Positions 48,641-57,500 of a DNA stretch of 64,000 nucleotides are shown here, one piece after another. The position numbers and the translations under genes are program-made. The notes beneath the pieces are model-generated. The model did no database searches, was not told the DNA's origin, and saw only the letters and a program-made list of their open reading frames with translations. The DNA lies in IMG/VR virus record IMGVR_UViG_3300022752_000013. The stretch is one strand, 5' to 3'. The DNA is from a virus. Lineage: Duplodnaviria; Caudoviricetes. Every line of letters begins with the position of its first letter. Position 1 is the first letter of the stretch.

Positions 48641-50830
48641 ATGAATAATTTTTTCTACGACTTAAACAAACGCATGGCCGACCTAGGCCAACAACAAACT
48701 CTTACAGAAGGTGCAGTTGCTGAAGCCAGTTACTCAGCCAAGGCTGCCAGAGCCGGCAAAGACATTGGCAAGCCAGGCAAGAACTTTTCAAAGATTGCTG
48801 CCGATGCAGGCCAGCGTTATGGTTCCAAGGCCGCCGGTGAGCGTGTGGCAGGTGCTGTGCTAAACAAACTGCGTAATCCCAAAGAAAGCATGGAAGAAGG
48901 TCAACTCAATGAACTAAGTCCTGAACTGCTAAAGAGAGCAAGAGATGCGGCGGGTATGAAATATGCTGATGCTGACGATCGCCGAGATCAAAAAGCATCT
49001 GACAAATACAATAGACTAGATGACAAGTTCAATAGTGCCTTGCGTAAAAAACAAAAAGGCATGGCAGAAGCCGAACTTGATGAAGTCAGTCGTGGTGAGT
49101 ATATTAAACAACAAGATACTGCCGCAGAAAAGTCTGGCAAACAAAAATTCAATGCTTTTGGTCAGACATTTGATACAGATGAAATTGATGAAGGTGGCCT
49201 GCCAATGACCACAGTCAACGGAAAACGAGTTCCAAAATTTGCGGCTGATGGTCAAGGTGCTAATGACCTTGCCAAGAAAAAATCATTCAATGACAAGATT
49301 GCCGGCGCCAAACAAGAAGTTGAAGAAATGTTGGGCGACGTAGCAGCCGAAGCCATGCGTAGTGCATTAGGTGGCAAGAAGCAAGTGGCCGATGAAGGCT
49401 TTGATGACATGGAACGTGATGTCAAGCGTCGACTGAGCACTCCCAAAGTTGGTGATGTCAAGCGTGGCGCACGTCACGACATTGAGACTACAGCCACTGG
49501 CGTCCGTGCCACACGTCGTCACGATGACGAAGAAGATACTCAACCCACAGGCGAAAAGCGCCGGGCCGGACGTCCAAAAGGCGCTGACAAAGGTCCAGAG
49601 CGTGTGACAGGCAAAGCCTACAAACACAAAGGTGGTCGCAAAACCAACGAAAATGATCTTGACATTACAGATCGTGGCGAGTATGATCAAGAAGGTGACA
49701 TGGCCAAAGACAGCATCAAGACTGTGGTGCGTCATGCACAGGCCTTGGAAAAGATCCTGGGCGACAATGACAACCTGCCAGAATGGGTACAATCCAAGTT
49801 GGCCAAGATCGAAAGCATGATAACTGCTGTGGACGACTACATGCAGAATCAAGAGGACGATGATCAGCCACTTGATGAAAAAGCAGTCAGCAAAAATCAA
49901 GCCGTTGCGGCTCGTATTGCTCGTGGCGTTCAGAAAGGTGAAGCAAAAGCCAAGCCAGGTTCTGCCAGTGCTGAAATGGCCAAGATGGAACCCAAAGAAC
50001 TCAAGAAATTTGCAAAGACTGACACCAAGGGATTGCCAAAGAAAAAGAAAGAAGTTGAAGAAACAACTACCTCTGGATCAGTTGCCACAGGTAGTGACGC
50101 TCCCAAAGCCAGCAAAGGTGGCATGCAAGTTGGCAAGGGCATTTACGACAGTTTGAATCGCAAGGTCGAAGGCATGATTGCTGAGTCAATGAGTATAAAC
50201 GTGAGTATGACCAAAGATGACAACGGTTCACACAAGAATATCACTGTCACAGCATCCGACGAGGATGCTGAGGCTCTGGCACAGTTGTTGCGCAGTGCAG
50301 GTTTAGGCGGTGATATGTCCAATGGTCATGCTGAGCCTTGCCCTGCCTGCGGATCAACTGATTGTGGTTGCGATCAAGGCATGGCAGAAGCATATGGTGA
50401 TACTGATGCTTCACAAAATGAACCCAATTGGCCCACCGACACTGAATACAGTGACGACGCCATGCAATACTCCGGAGGCTTGAACGGCCCCAAGAGCACT
50501 GGACAAACCACTGTGCCTGTTATTGCTCACCAAGGCGAACGCACTGGTGTAGATGACGAAGAACTGCGCCGCATGATGGAAATGGCCGGCATACAACAGA
50601 ATCTCAAGCCATGGGAACGTACCATGAAGGAAGCGGCTGTTGAAGAAGGCGTTGTTGACAAAGTCAAAGACGTTGTGAAAAAAGGCCTTGAGAAACTGGG
50701 GCACGGTTCCGACGAAGACATGCGCAAAGACTTGCAAAAGAAAATGGGTGTGCCACCAACAGGCGAAAAACCAGCGGACAAGAAGATGGAAGAAAGCCTG
50801 ATGCAAGAGTTTGCCAACTTCCGGATCTGA
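48641..50830 (+). CDS. Modular polyprotein-like putative internal head protein (729 aa)
   Basis: ATG 48641 after GAGGA; basic modules separated by LTE/VAE/MEE/MAE/LDE/IDE/VEE sites; AT-hook-like RRAGRPKG; DUF3008-like module. Confidence 0.6.
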   Translation: MNNFFYDLNKRMADLGQQQTLTEGAVAEASYSAKAARAGKDIGKPGKNFSKIAADAGQRYGSKAAGERVAGAVLNKLRNPKESMEEGQLNELSPELLKRARDAAGMKYADADDRRDQKASDKYNRLDDKFNSALRKKQKGMAEAELDEVSRGEYIKQQDTAAEKSGKQKFNAFGQTFDTDEIDEGGLPMTTVNGKRVPKFAADGQGANDLAKKKSFNDKIAGAKQEVEEMLGDVAAEAMRSALGGKKQVADEGFDDMERDVKRRLSTPKVGDVKRGARHDIETTATGVRATRRHDDEEDTQPTGEKRRAGRPKGADKGPERVTGKAYKHKGGRKTNENDLDITDRGEYDQEGDMAKDSIKTVVRHAQALEKILGDNDNLPEWVQSKLAKIESMITAVDDYMQNQEDDDQPLDEKAVSKNQAVAARIARGVQKGEAKAKPGSASAEMAKMEPKELKKFAKTDTKGLPKKKKEVEETTTSGSVATGSDAPKASKGGMQVGKGIYDSLNRKVEGMIAESMSINVSMTKDDNGSHKNITVTASDEDAEALAQLLRSAGLGGDMSNGHAEPCPACGSTDCGCDQGMAEAYGDTDASQNEPNWPTDTEYSDDAMQYSGGLNGPKSTGQTTVPVIAHQGERTGVDDEELRRMMEMAGIQQNLKPWERTMKEAAVEEGVVDKVKDVVKKGLEKLGHGSDEDMRKDLQKKMGVPPTGEKPADKKMEESLMQEFANFRI

Positions 50831-50831
50831 T

Positions 50832-51704
50832 ATGAAAACACTACGTGATTATTTGGCAGAAGCAGAAACAGAACAACATCACCCACGAACCGGTGATGTG
50901 TTTGCCTTTGAACTGGAAGATGGCACCTTGCTTGAAACCTATGTAATGGATCAAGACGATCGTGGTGATATCTTGTTGGATTCCACAGATCAAATCTATT
51001 CATTGCTGGAAGAGTGGGGCCTGTTGGGCGCAAGTGATGCTGTGATGGAATCATTGACCCTTAAAGAGTTTGCACCCAGCAATGGTGGCGACAGTGGCAA
51101 CTATCTCAAAGCCTTGGCTTCGGCCTGGTACAATCATGACATTGAAATGTTGCAAGACATTGTGAAACAAGGCGGCAGCCCAATGAGTCGGATCATTGAT
51201 GCACAAGTGGCAGTGGAAAAAATCCTGGGTCGCGGCATTGTGTGCGGTGATGGTAAAGTGCGCAAATATCACATTGATTATAATAGTGACTTTGATGGTG
51301 TGGAAATCTACAGCGATGACTACTACGAACACGGTGATCATGATGCCACATTAGACAGTCGTACAGGTCAACCCTGGGGACCATACGAGCACGTGGAGTT
51401 CAAGGATGATGATCTAGACGAAAGTATCGACGAAGCCAAGTATCAAGGTCGCGAAGTTCCACTGGGCAAGAAAATGAAGGGCGACGTCAAAAAATTCAAG
51501 GTTTATGTGCGTAATCCCAAAACTGGCAACATCAAAAAAGTCAACTTTGGTCACGGAGGCACCAGTGCCAAACGTGCCGGACAAAAGACCATGAGTATCA
51601 AACGATCCAACCCTGCACGGCGCAAGAGTTTTAGAGCAAGACACAACTGTGACAATCCTGGACCAAGAACAGGGGCCAGATACTGGTCGTGCAGAAACTG
51701 GTAA
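50832..51704 (+). CDS. Putative internal head protein: acidic N-terminal modules plus basic C-terminal module
   Basis: Begins MKTLRDYLAE; after SIDE comes a K/R-rich module ending RRKSFRARHNC...ARYWSCRNW. Confidence 0.6.
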   Translation: MKTLRDYLAEAETEQHHPRTGDVFAFELEDGTLLETYVMDQDDRGDILLDSTDQIYSLLEEWGLLGASDAVMESLTLKEFAPSNGGDSGNYLKALASAWYNHDIEMLQDIVKQGGSPMSRIIDAQVAVEKILGRGIVCGDGKVRKYHIDYNSDFDGVEIYSDDYYEHGDHDATLDSRTGQPWGPYEHVEFKDDDLDESIDEAKYQGREVPLGKKMKGDVKKFKVYVRNPKTGNIKKVNFGHGGTSAKRAGQKTMSIKRSNPARRKSFRARHNCDNPGPRTGARYWSCRNW

Positions 51705-51709
51705 AAATT

Positions 51710-51892
51710 ATGACAACTCCACAATATCAAACCTATGCAGAAACAATGTCACGCCTGGCAGAACGTCATCCGCCAGCACCTACACCTGCAGAGGTACGTA
51801 ATCAGCCTGTGATGATACCGGGAGTAATTACACAAACTACAAATCTGTTTCAACCAGTGGCTGTGGCAGATCTCAATAAGGAATCAAAATAA
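51710..51892 (+). CDS. Small hypothetical protein
   Basis: In-frame ATG 5 nt after the upstream stop; stop overlaps the next start. Confidence 0.55.
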   Translation: MTTPQYQTYAETMSRLAERHPPAPTPAEVRNQPVMIPGVITQTTNLFQPVAVADLNKESK

Positions 51893-52215
51893 TGGCTATT
51901 CAAGTTGTCAACGCAGTATCGAACGTGGCCTGGACCACAGACAAGGTAGAAATTGCTACCACCACCGCCAACGTGACTTTTCAAGTTTTAGTTGTACAGT
52001 TGACCTATGTACAGGCCAACGGTGTTCCGGCCAATGCCACAATGACCACACCCACCGGCAATCTATATGCCAACGCCATAGTTGTTCCTGGCAACACAGT
52101 GCAACAGTACTATGTTGGTGCAGGCAACTACCTGAACATAGTTACAGGCTCAGGCTTTTCAGCCACAGCACTAGGCACAGCCACATCAGCCACAGCAGGT
52201 TCAGAAGGCATCTAA
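51892..52215 (+). CDS. Small beta-rich hypothetical (probably virion) protein
   Basis: T/V/A/N-rich 107 aa; AAGGA SD. Confidence 0.6.
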   Translation: MAIQVVNAVSNVAWTTDKVEIATTTANVTFQVLVVQLTYVQANGVPANATMTTPTGNLYANAIVVPGNTVQQYYVGAGNYLNIVTGSGFSATALGTATSATAGSEGI

Positions 52216-52216
52216 C

Positions 52217-52591
52217 GTGCGAGCCAGCGAATTCTTAACGGAGCAACACAACGGGGAAATCAGCAAGCGGCACCGTTATGCCACAGTGGGTCTAAACACG
52301 TTTGGCGACGCTGAGCGTATGGATGGCGGCTATACTGCATACAGAGTCATGATGGCCAGTGCCATGGCCGATGGCACCAACAAACCCATTGACATTGACG
52401 CCAAGAGTTGGCATGGCAAAAGAAAAACAGCACATCCTTACACTCAAGCGGAACAAAACATGCTGAAGCAGGCCTTTAAGGCAGTGGGCGCAGACTGGCA
52501 AGACCTAAACCACGGTGACTTGGCGAGCGATGAACCGCCAGGTGGCAACACCAAAAGTCCTATAGAAGGATTTAAAGGATATCCCAGATGA
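52217..52591 (+). CDS. Putative internal head protein, paralogue A
   Basis: GTG start; MRASEFLTE...SPIEGFKGYPR. Confidence 0.6.
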   Translation: MRASEFLTEQHNGEISKRHRYATVGLNTFGDAERMDGGYTAYRVMMASAMADGTNKPIDIDAKSWHGKRKTAHPYTQAEQNMLKQAFKAVGADWQDLNHGDLASDEPPGGNTKSPIEGFKGYPR

Positions 52592-52974
52592 GAGCCCGAG
52601 AGTTTATCACTGAAGAAAAAACTTTGCCACCAGAGCAAGCAGACCCCATGAATCATGTGTTTGTATTGCCCGGTGTGCAATCTAGTGATCCTTATCAAAT
52701 ATATCGACTGGGTGTGGCCATGGCCCGAGCCCGTAGTGATGCTGGCACACAAGATCCCATACCCTACATGCCTGCTTGGAGTGCCAAGGCCGTATTTGGT
52801 GAAGAAGCAGTGATTGCCGGATTCAATGCTTCAGTAGAACCAATTATTGATCAAGCATTAAAAATGGCAGGACTATCGGGTGGCAAAGTACAAGTCAGTA
52901 CACCAAACAGCCTTGAGCCTGCTTCTGTGGACACGCAAAGTCCTGTTCGAGGATTCCGAGGCTATCCACGTTAA
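52588..52974 (+). CDS. Putative internal head protein, paralogue B
   Basis: MRAREFITE...SPVRGFRGYPR. Confidence 0.6.
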   Translation: MRAREFITEEKTLPPEQADPMNHVFVLPGVQSSDPYQIYRLGVAMARARSDAGTQDPIPYMPAWSAKAVFGEEAVIAGFNASVEPIIDQALKMAGLSGGKVQVSTPNSLEPASVDTQSPVRGFRGYPR

Positions 52975-53005
52975 CATAAATATTAGCCTATTTAAAGGTT
53001 CCTTT

Positions 53006-53824
53006 ATGAACAAAATTCTCGCCTTGTTGATTTTGGCTGTGAGTCTTTCGGCTCAAGCCTGGGAACAACGTGCGCCAAACCCAGTGCAGGCATGCGCTGT
53101 ACATAGCCCATACGGATTTGCCACAGTCAAGCGGCCTGTACAGGCCATATGCCGTGAAGCATATCTTGTGGCATATGATGCTCCTGTAAAGATTCCTGCT
53201 TATGTGGCCTACACATTACTACCACAGAACGCACTAGGTTGCTTTCCTAGAACAAATGCGTTTGTTGCTGATCAAAGTTTAAATGGTACAGGTGCTAGAC
53301 CAGATGACTATGCTGGTACAGGCTACGACAAAGGACATGCCGCACCAGACGGTGACTTGTCATGGTCGGCACAAGTAGAATACGAATCATTCTTGATGAC
53401 CAACATGTATCCACAACACGGATCACTTAACCGTGGCATTTGGAAACTGTTAGAAACAGCAGTACGTGGATGGACTGTACAACTAAATCAACCTTTTACA
53501 ATTTATGTAGGTGCATTGTATGGGGCAGGTGACGAGTCGATCGGCAATGGAGTCGTTGTGCCACATGGCTACTACAAGATTGTGATCAACAACGCAACCA
53601 AGCAGGCCGCAGGTTGGGTATTCCCACACACCAAACCCTATGTTAACTTGGGTAACGACCTAACTGTGTTCCGTCGGTCCATTGCAGAGATAGAAAAAGT
53701 GGCCGGCGTAGACTACAAGTTCCCCGCAGGTGTTACGGAAGTACAACCCGGTCAAGAATGGCCTGTGGACTTTGGTGCATTGACAAATGCCAAAAGAGCC
53801 AAGTGTGGTCGTAATGCAGAATAA
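53006..53824 (+). CDS. DNA/RNA non-specific endonuclease (NucA/EndoG family) with signal peptide
   Basis: YDKGHAAP, SFLMTNMYPQHGSLNRGIWKLLE, VPHGYYKIV; N-terminus MNKILALLILAVSLSAQA is Sec-like. Confidence 0.92.
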   Translation: MNKILALLILAVSLSAQAWEQRAPNPVQACAVHSPYGFATVKRPVQAICREAYLVAYDAPVKIPAYVAYTLLPQNALGCFPRTNAFVADQSLNGTGARPDDYAGTGYDKGHAAPDGDLSWSAQVEYESFLMTNMYPQHGSLNRGIWKLLETAVRGWTVQLNQPFTIYVGALYGAGDESIGNGVVVPHGYYKIVINNATKQAAGWVFPHTKPYVNLGNDLTVFRRSIAEIEKVAGVDYKFPAGVTEVQPGQEWPVDFGALTNAKRAKCGRNAE

Positions 53825-53891
53825 CCCATATCCTGTATACCCTGAGGACGATGGTCGCGACCGCTTTCGTAATCCCTACAGTCCAGTGTGA
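53814..53891 (+). CDS. Micro-ORF (25 aa) MQNNPYPVYPEDDGRDRFRNPYSPV
   Basis: Manual translation; ATG overlaps the nuclease 3' end; below the ORF-track length cut-off. Confidence 0.4.
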   Translation: MQNNPYPVYPEDDGRDRFRNPYSPV

Positions 53892-53931
53892 TTTTGCTTT
53901 TGGGTCACCAATTTAGCATAACTAATAGACC

Positions 53932-55503
53932 ATGACCAAAACACTAGAAGGCGTACTGGTCAAAGCACCATACCGACGCCAATCTTTTTCTGATGAACAA
54001 CTGCAGGAATTTCTTGCATGTGCAGATCCACAAGACGGGCCGCACTACTTCATGGACAACTTCTTTCACATACAGCATCCTACACAGGGCAAGATGCTGT
54101 ATCATCCGTTCTCTTATCAAAAGCGACTGATCGAAACTTATCACAACAACCGTTATAGCATAAGCATGATGCCGCGACAGACCGGCAAGTCTACCTCGGC
54201 CGCTGGTTACATTCTTTGGTATGCCATGTTCATTCCAGATAGTACAATTCTTATTGCGGCACACAAGTACACAGGTGCCCAGGAGATCATGCAACGTATT
54301 CGCTTTGCTTATGAATTGTGTCCAGATCATATCCGAGCAGGTGCCACCAGTTACAACAAAGGCTCCATAGACTTTGAAAACGGATCAAGAATTGTGTCAG
54401 CCACCACAACCGAAACAACTGGTCGTGGTATGAGTATTACCTTGCTATACGCTGACGAGTTTGCGTTTGTGCGACCCACTATTGCTACAGAGTTTTGGAC
54501 CTCCATATCACCTACCTTGGCCACAGGTGGTAAGGCTATTATCACAAGTACTCCCAACTCGGACGAAGATCAATTTGCGCTGATCTGGAAAGGTGCCAAC
54601 AAGTGTATAGACGAGTTTGGCAATCCAACTGAACTGGGCATGAATGGATTCCGCGCATTTAGAAGTTACTGGCAAGAGCACCCGGACCGTGATGAAAAGT
54701 GGGGCGAGAACATGCGGGCACAACTGGGCGACGATCGTTTCCGCAGAGAGATCGGTTGTGAGTTCATTATCAATGATGAAACACTTATTGCTCCAGCCAA
54801 GTTGTTGGACTTAGAAAGTCGTGATCCTTGGAAACGCACAGGACATGTGCGTTGGTACGAAGCCATCAAGCCCGACTCAATCTATGTAGTGGCACTAGAC
54901 CCCAGTCTGGGCACCGGAGGCGACCCTGCGGCCATACAAATCTTTGAAGCCAATACCACACGTCAAGTGGGCGAGTGGACACACAATCGCACACCTATTC
55001 CAGAACAGATACGCATCCTGTCAGACATCTGCCGGCACATCAATGAAACTGTGCAAAATGACAAGAACATCTACTACAGTATTGAAAACAACACCATTGG
55101 TGAAGCAGGCCTGATCTCTATTGCAGAGTTTGGCGAAGAAAACATACAGGGTTACTTTTTGTCAGACCCGCACATGAGCAACAGCAACAGACGTATGCGC
55201 AAGGGCTTTAATACCACACACAAGAACAAACTGTCAGCCTGTGCCAAAGTTAAAAATCTAATAGAAACCAACAGAATGACTGTGTACAGTTCAGCACTGA
55301 TAAGTGAACTCAAAACCTTTGTGGCTTCGGGCTTGAGTTTTGCCGCTAAAATAGGCGAAACAGATGACTTGGTCATGAGCATGTTGTTAGCGGTGCGCAT
55401 GATGCAGGTTTTGCAGAGTTTTTACACAGAACTAGACAGCCAAATGAAGGATCATTCAGACAACGTGATCGAACCCTTCCCGTTTATATCAACTATGTAT
55501 TGA
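53932..55503 (+). CDS. gp17: Terminase large subunit
   Basis: MMPRQTGKS Walker A, LLYADEFAF Walker B, ITSTPN, VALDPSLG nuclease motif, DDLVMS. Confidence 0.97.
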   Translation: MTKTLEGVLVKAPYRRQSFSDEQLQEFLACADPQDGPHYFMDNFFHIQHPTQGKMLYHPFSYQKRLIETYHNNRYSISMMPRQTGKSTSAAGYILWYAMFIPDSTILIAAHKYTGAQEIMQRIRFAYELCPDHIRAGATSYNKGSIDFENGSRIVSATTTETTGRGMSITLLYADEFAFVRPTIATEFWTSISPTLATGGKAIITSTPNSDEDQFALIWKGANKCIDEFGNPTELGMNGFRAFRSYWQEHPDRDEKWGENMRAQLGDDRFRREIGCEFIINDETLIAPAKLLDLESRDPWKRTGHVRWYEAIKPDSIYVVALDPSLGTGGDPAAIQIFEANTTRQVGEWTHNRTPIPEQIRILSDICRHINETVQNDKNIYYSIENNTIGEAGLISIAEFGEENIQGYFLSDPHMSNSNRRMRKGFNTTHKNKLSACAKVKNLIETNRMTVYSSALISELKTFVASGLSFAAKIGETDDLVMSMLLAVRMMQVLQSFYTELDSQMKDHSDNVIEPFPFISTMY

Positions 55504-55516
55504 TAAATATAACACT

Positions 55517-57490
55517 ATGGCAGCAAACTCACCCGGACAACAACTAAACGATTTATTGGTCACTAGAAATTTTGACCCTGAAGCACTAGATGCACGAACT
55601 GGCAAGCCGCCCCTGGACGACCAGGGTGCTCCTGATCCTGAAAATGCGGACATGTTTACATTTGACTGGGTAGCAGACTCCGGCAAGAACTACGGCACAG
55701 TGGTTTGCTTGCTGGGCGCTGACAACAACTTTGAAGTTTATTTTGGCGACAATCTTGGCCGCGGTATGGAGTTTGACGACAAGGCTGACTGGTACGAATT
55801 CCTGGACCAGTTGCGTAACTTTGCCAAACGCAATCTCTTGCGTTACGACCTGCAGAACCTACGTAGACTCAAGTATACTATGGCCGGAATGGCTGCCATC
55901 AAAGAAGGCCTGTTTGAAGGCTACTATGGCAACAAAAAGGTGAGTTATGCTGGTGAGCCCACACAGGCACGACTCATGATCAAACACAATCGCACCCTGG
56001 GTGAAAACGATGCACGTTTCCGCTATGTGGAAAGCCTGTTCATTGAAACAGTGGCAGGCGAAGTGTTCAAAATGCCGTTCAAGAAACTGGCCGGCGGACG
56101 AGCCATGCTGGAACATGTGCGTCACGGTGGCACACCTTATGATGCTCGTGGACAACACATTGTAGAAATTGTTGAACAGATCAATGTGCTGAGTCAGTTC
56201 CGTAGAGCACATCAAGGTCGAGTATTTGAAGGTGCTGCCGGCGAACTGGTAGCAGAAACAACAGAATACTTGAATCGACTGCGTCACAATCTCAAGGCAG
56301 TGAGCAACGATCGCGGTTACACCCAATACTTTGAATCATGGAGCCCGGCTGATGTGTCGGAATCAGATCTCATAGTGGAAGATTTAAAAAGCCTCTTTGT
56401 GGAAACACGTATCGATCCACGCATAGAGCAAGCGTTGCCCATGTTGGCACGAATACAAAAGGAAGCACTAGCCATGAAAGAAGCAGAAATATTTGAATCC
56501 TGGGCCAATCGTATTGTAGAAGGTACCTGGACATTACCGGAAACTCCTGAGCAACAAGATGAACTCAAGATGTTGATGAGTCGACCCTTGACAGTGGGCG
56601 CGGATGGCATGAATGCCACAGAACAACTGTATGGCTTGATTGGTGACGATGAGTTGTTTGACATCATTGGCAACATTGCTGAAGAAAATCCAGATGCTAA
56701 TTGCTGGGATGATCCGCGTGTACAGGACCGACTGGAAGAACTAGGCGTGTACATGGTCACACCAGCAGAACCTGCTCAGGCAGCCGAAACACCTCCCGTG
56801 GCTGAAGGCAGACCAGAAGACTTACCAGGTATTGATTACGACCGTCCTGGTGATGTAAAACGTAAACAACCCGGCGGTGATGATGATCAAAATCCTTATC
56901 CCTACAGTCCAGAAGAAGATGATGACTACTTCCGTGAAATCTTCCGCAAGAAGCGTGAAGCCGCCAAACAGCAAGGCATGGCGGAAGGCAATATGGATGG
57001 TAAAGCAGCCGACATCAAAGGACAGATAGCAGAACTGGAAGCCGAGCAAGAAGAATATGAATTTGGCTCTTATGCCTATGACACGGTCGATGGCGAACTG
57101 CAATATCTTTACGCAAAACTTGATAAAGCGGAAAAGGGTGTGGCGGAAGGGTTGGGTTATAGTCAAGACCCGGCTCAAGCAAAATGGTATCATGAAGGTC
57201 GCAAGGCATTCAAAGGTGGTACTACTGGTAATCTAATACAAGACATCGCCAAGAAACACGGAGTTCCATCTGAGTGGATTGATGCATTCCATGCCGGATA
57301 TAAAGATCAAGAAGGCTTTGGCAAAGATCCTGTAGACGAAGGTGACAACATGAGCACATTCGAACAAGCCCAGTGCAACCAGACCATGGAAGGCGAATAC
57401 TGCCCAGAACACGGCATGTCCGAGTGCGGCAACTACGGCATGTATGAATCACAATTGGCAAGAATCAAAAGCCTAGCACTACTGCGCTAA
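55517..57490 (+). CDS. Large putative head protein with cassette-like C-terminus
   Basis: TAAATA 55504-55509; C-terminal modules bounded by PVAEG, QGMAEG, KGVAEG, PVDEG; Cys/His-rich terminal motif. Confidence 0.6.
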   Translation: MAANSPGQQLNDLLVTRNFDPEALDARTGKPPLDDQGAPDPENADMFTFDWVADSGKNYGTVVCLLGADNNFEVYFGDNLGRGMEFDDKADWYEFLDQLRNFAKRNLLRYDLQNLRRLKYTMAGMAAIKEGLFEGYYGNKKVSYAGEPTQARLMIKHNRTLGENDARFRYVESLFIETVAGEVFKMPFKKLAGGRAMLEHVRHGGTPYDARGQHIVEIVEQINVLSQFRRAHQGRVFEGAAGELVAETTEYLNRLRHNLKAVSNDRGYTQYFESWSPADVSESDLIVEDLKSLFVETRIDPRIEQALPMLARIQKEALAMKEAEIFESWANRIVEGTWTLPETPEQQDELKMLMSRPLTVGADGMNATEQLYGLIGDDELFDIIGNIAEENPDANCWDDPRVQDRLEELGVYMVTPAEPAQAAETPPVAEGRPEDLPGIDYDRPGDVKRKQPGGDDDQNPYPYSPEEDDDYFREIFRKKREAAKQQGMAEGNMDGKAADIKGQIAELEAEQEEYEFGSYAYDTVDGELQYLYAKLDKAEKGVAEGLGYSQDPAQAKWYHEGRKAFKGGTTGNLIQDIAKKHGVPSEWIDAFHAGYKDQEGFGKDPVDEGDNMSTFEQAQCNQTMEGEYCPEHGMSECGNYGMYESQLARIKSLALLR

Positions 57491-57500
57491 TAAGTACAGG

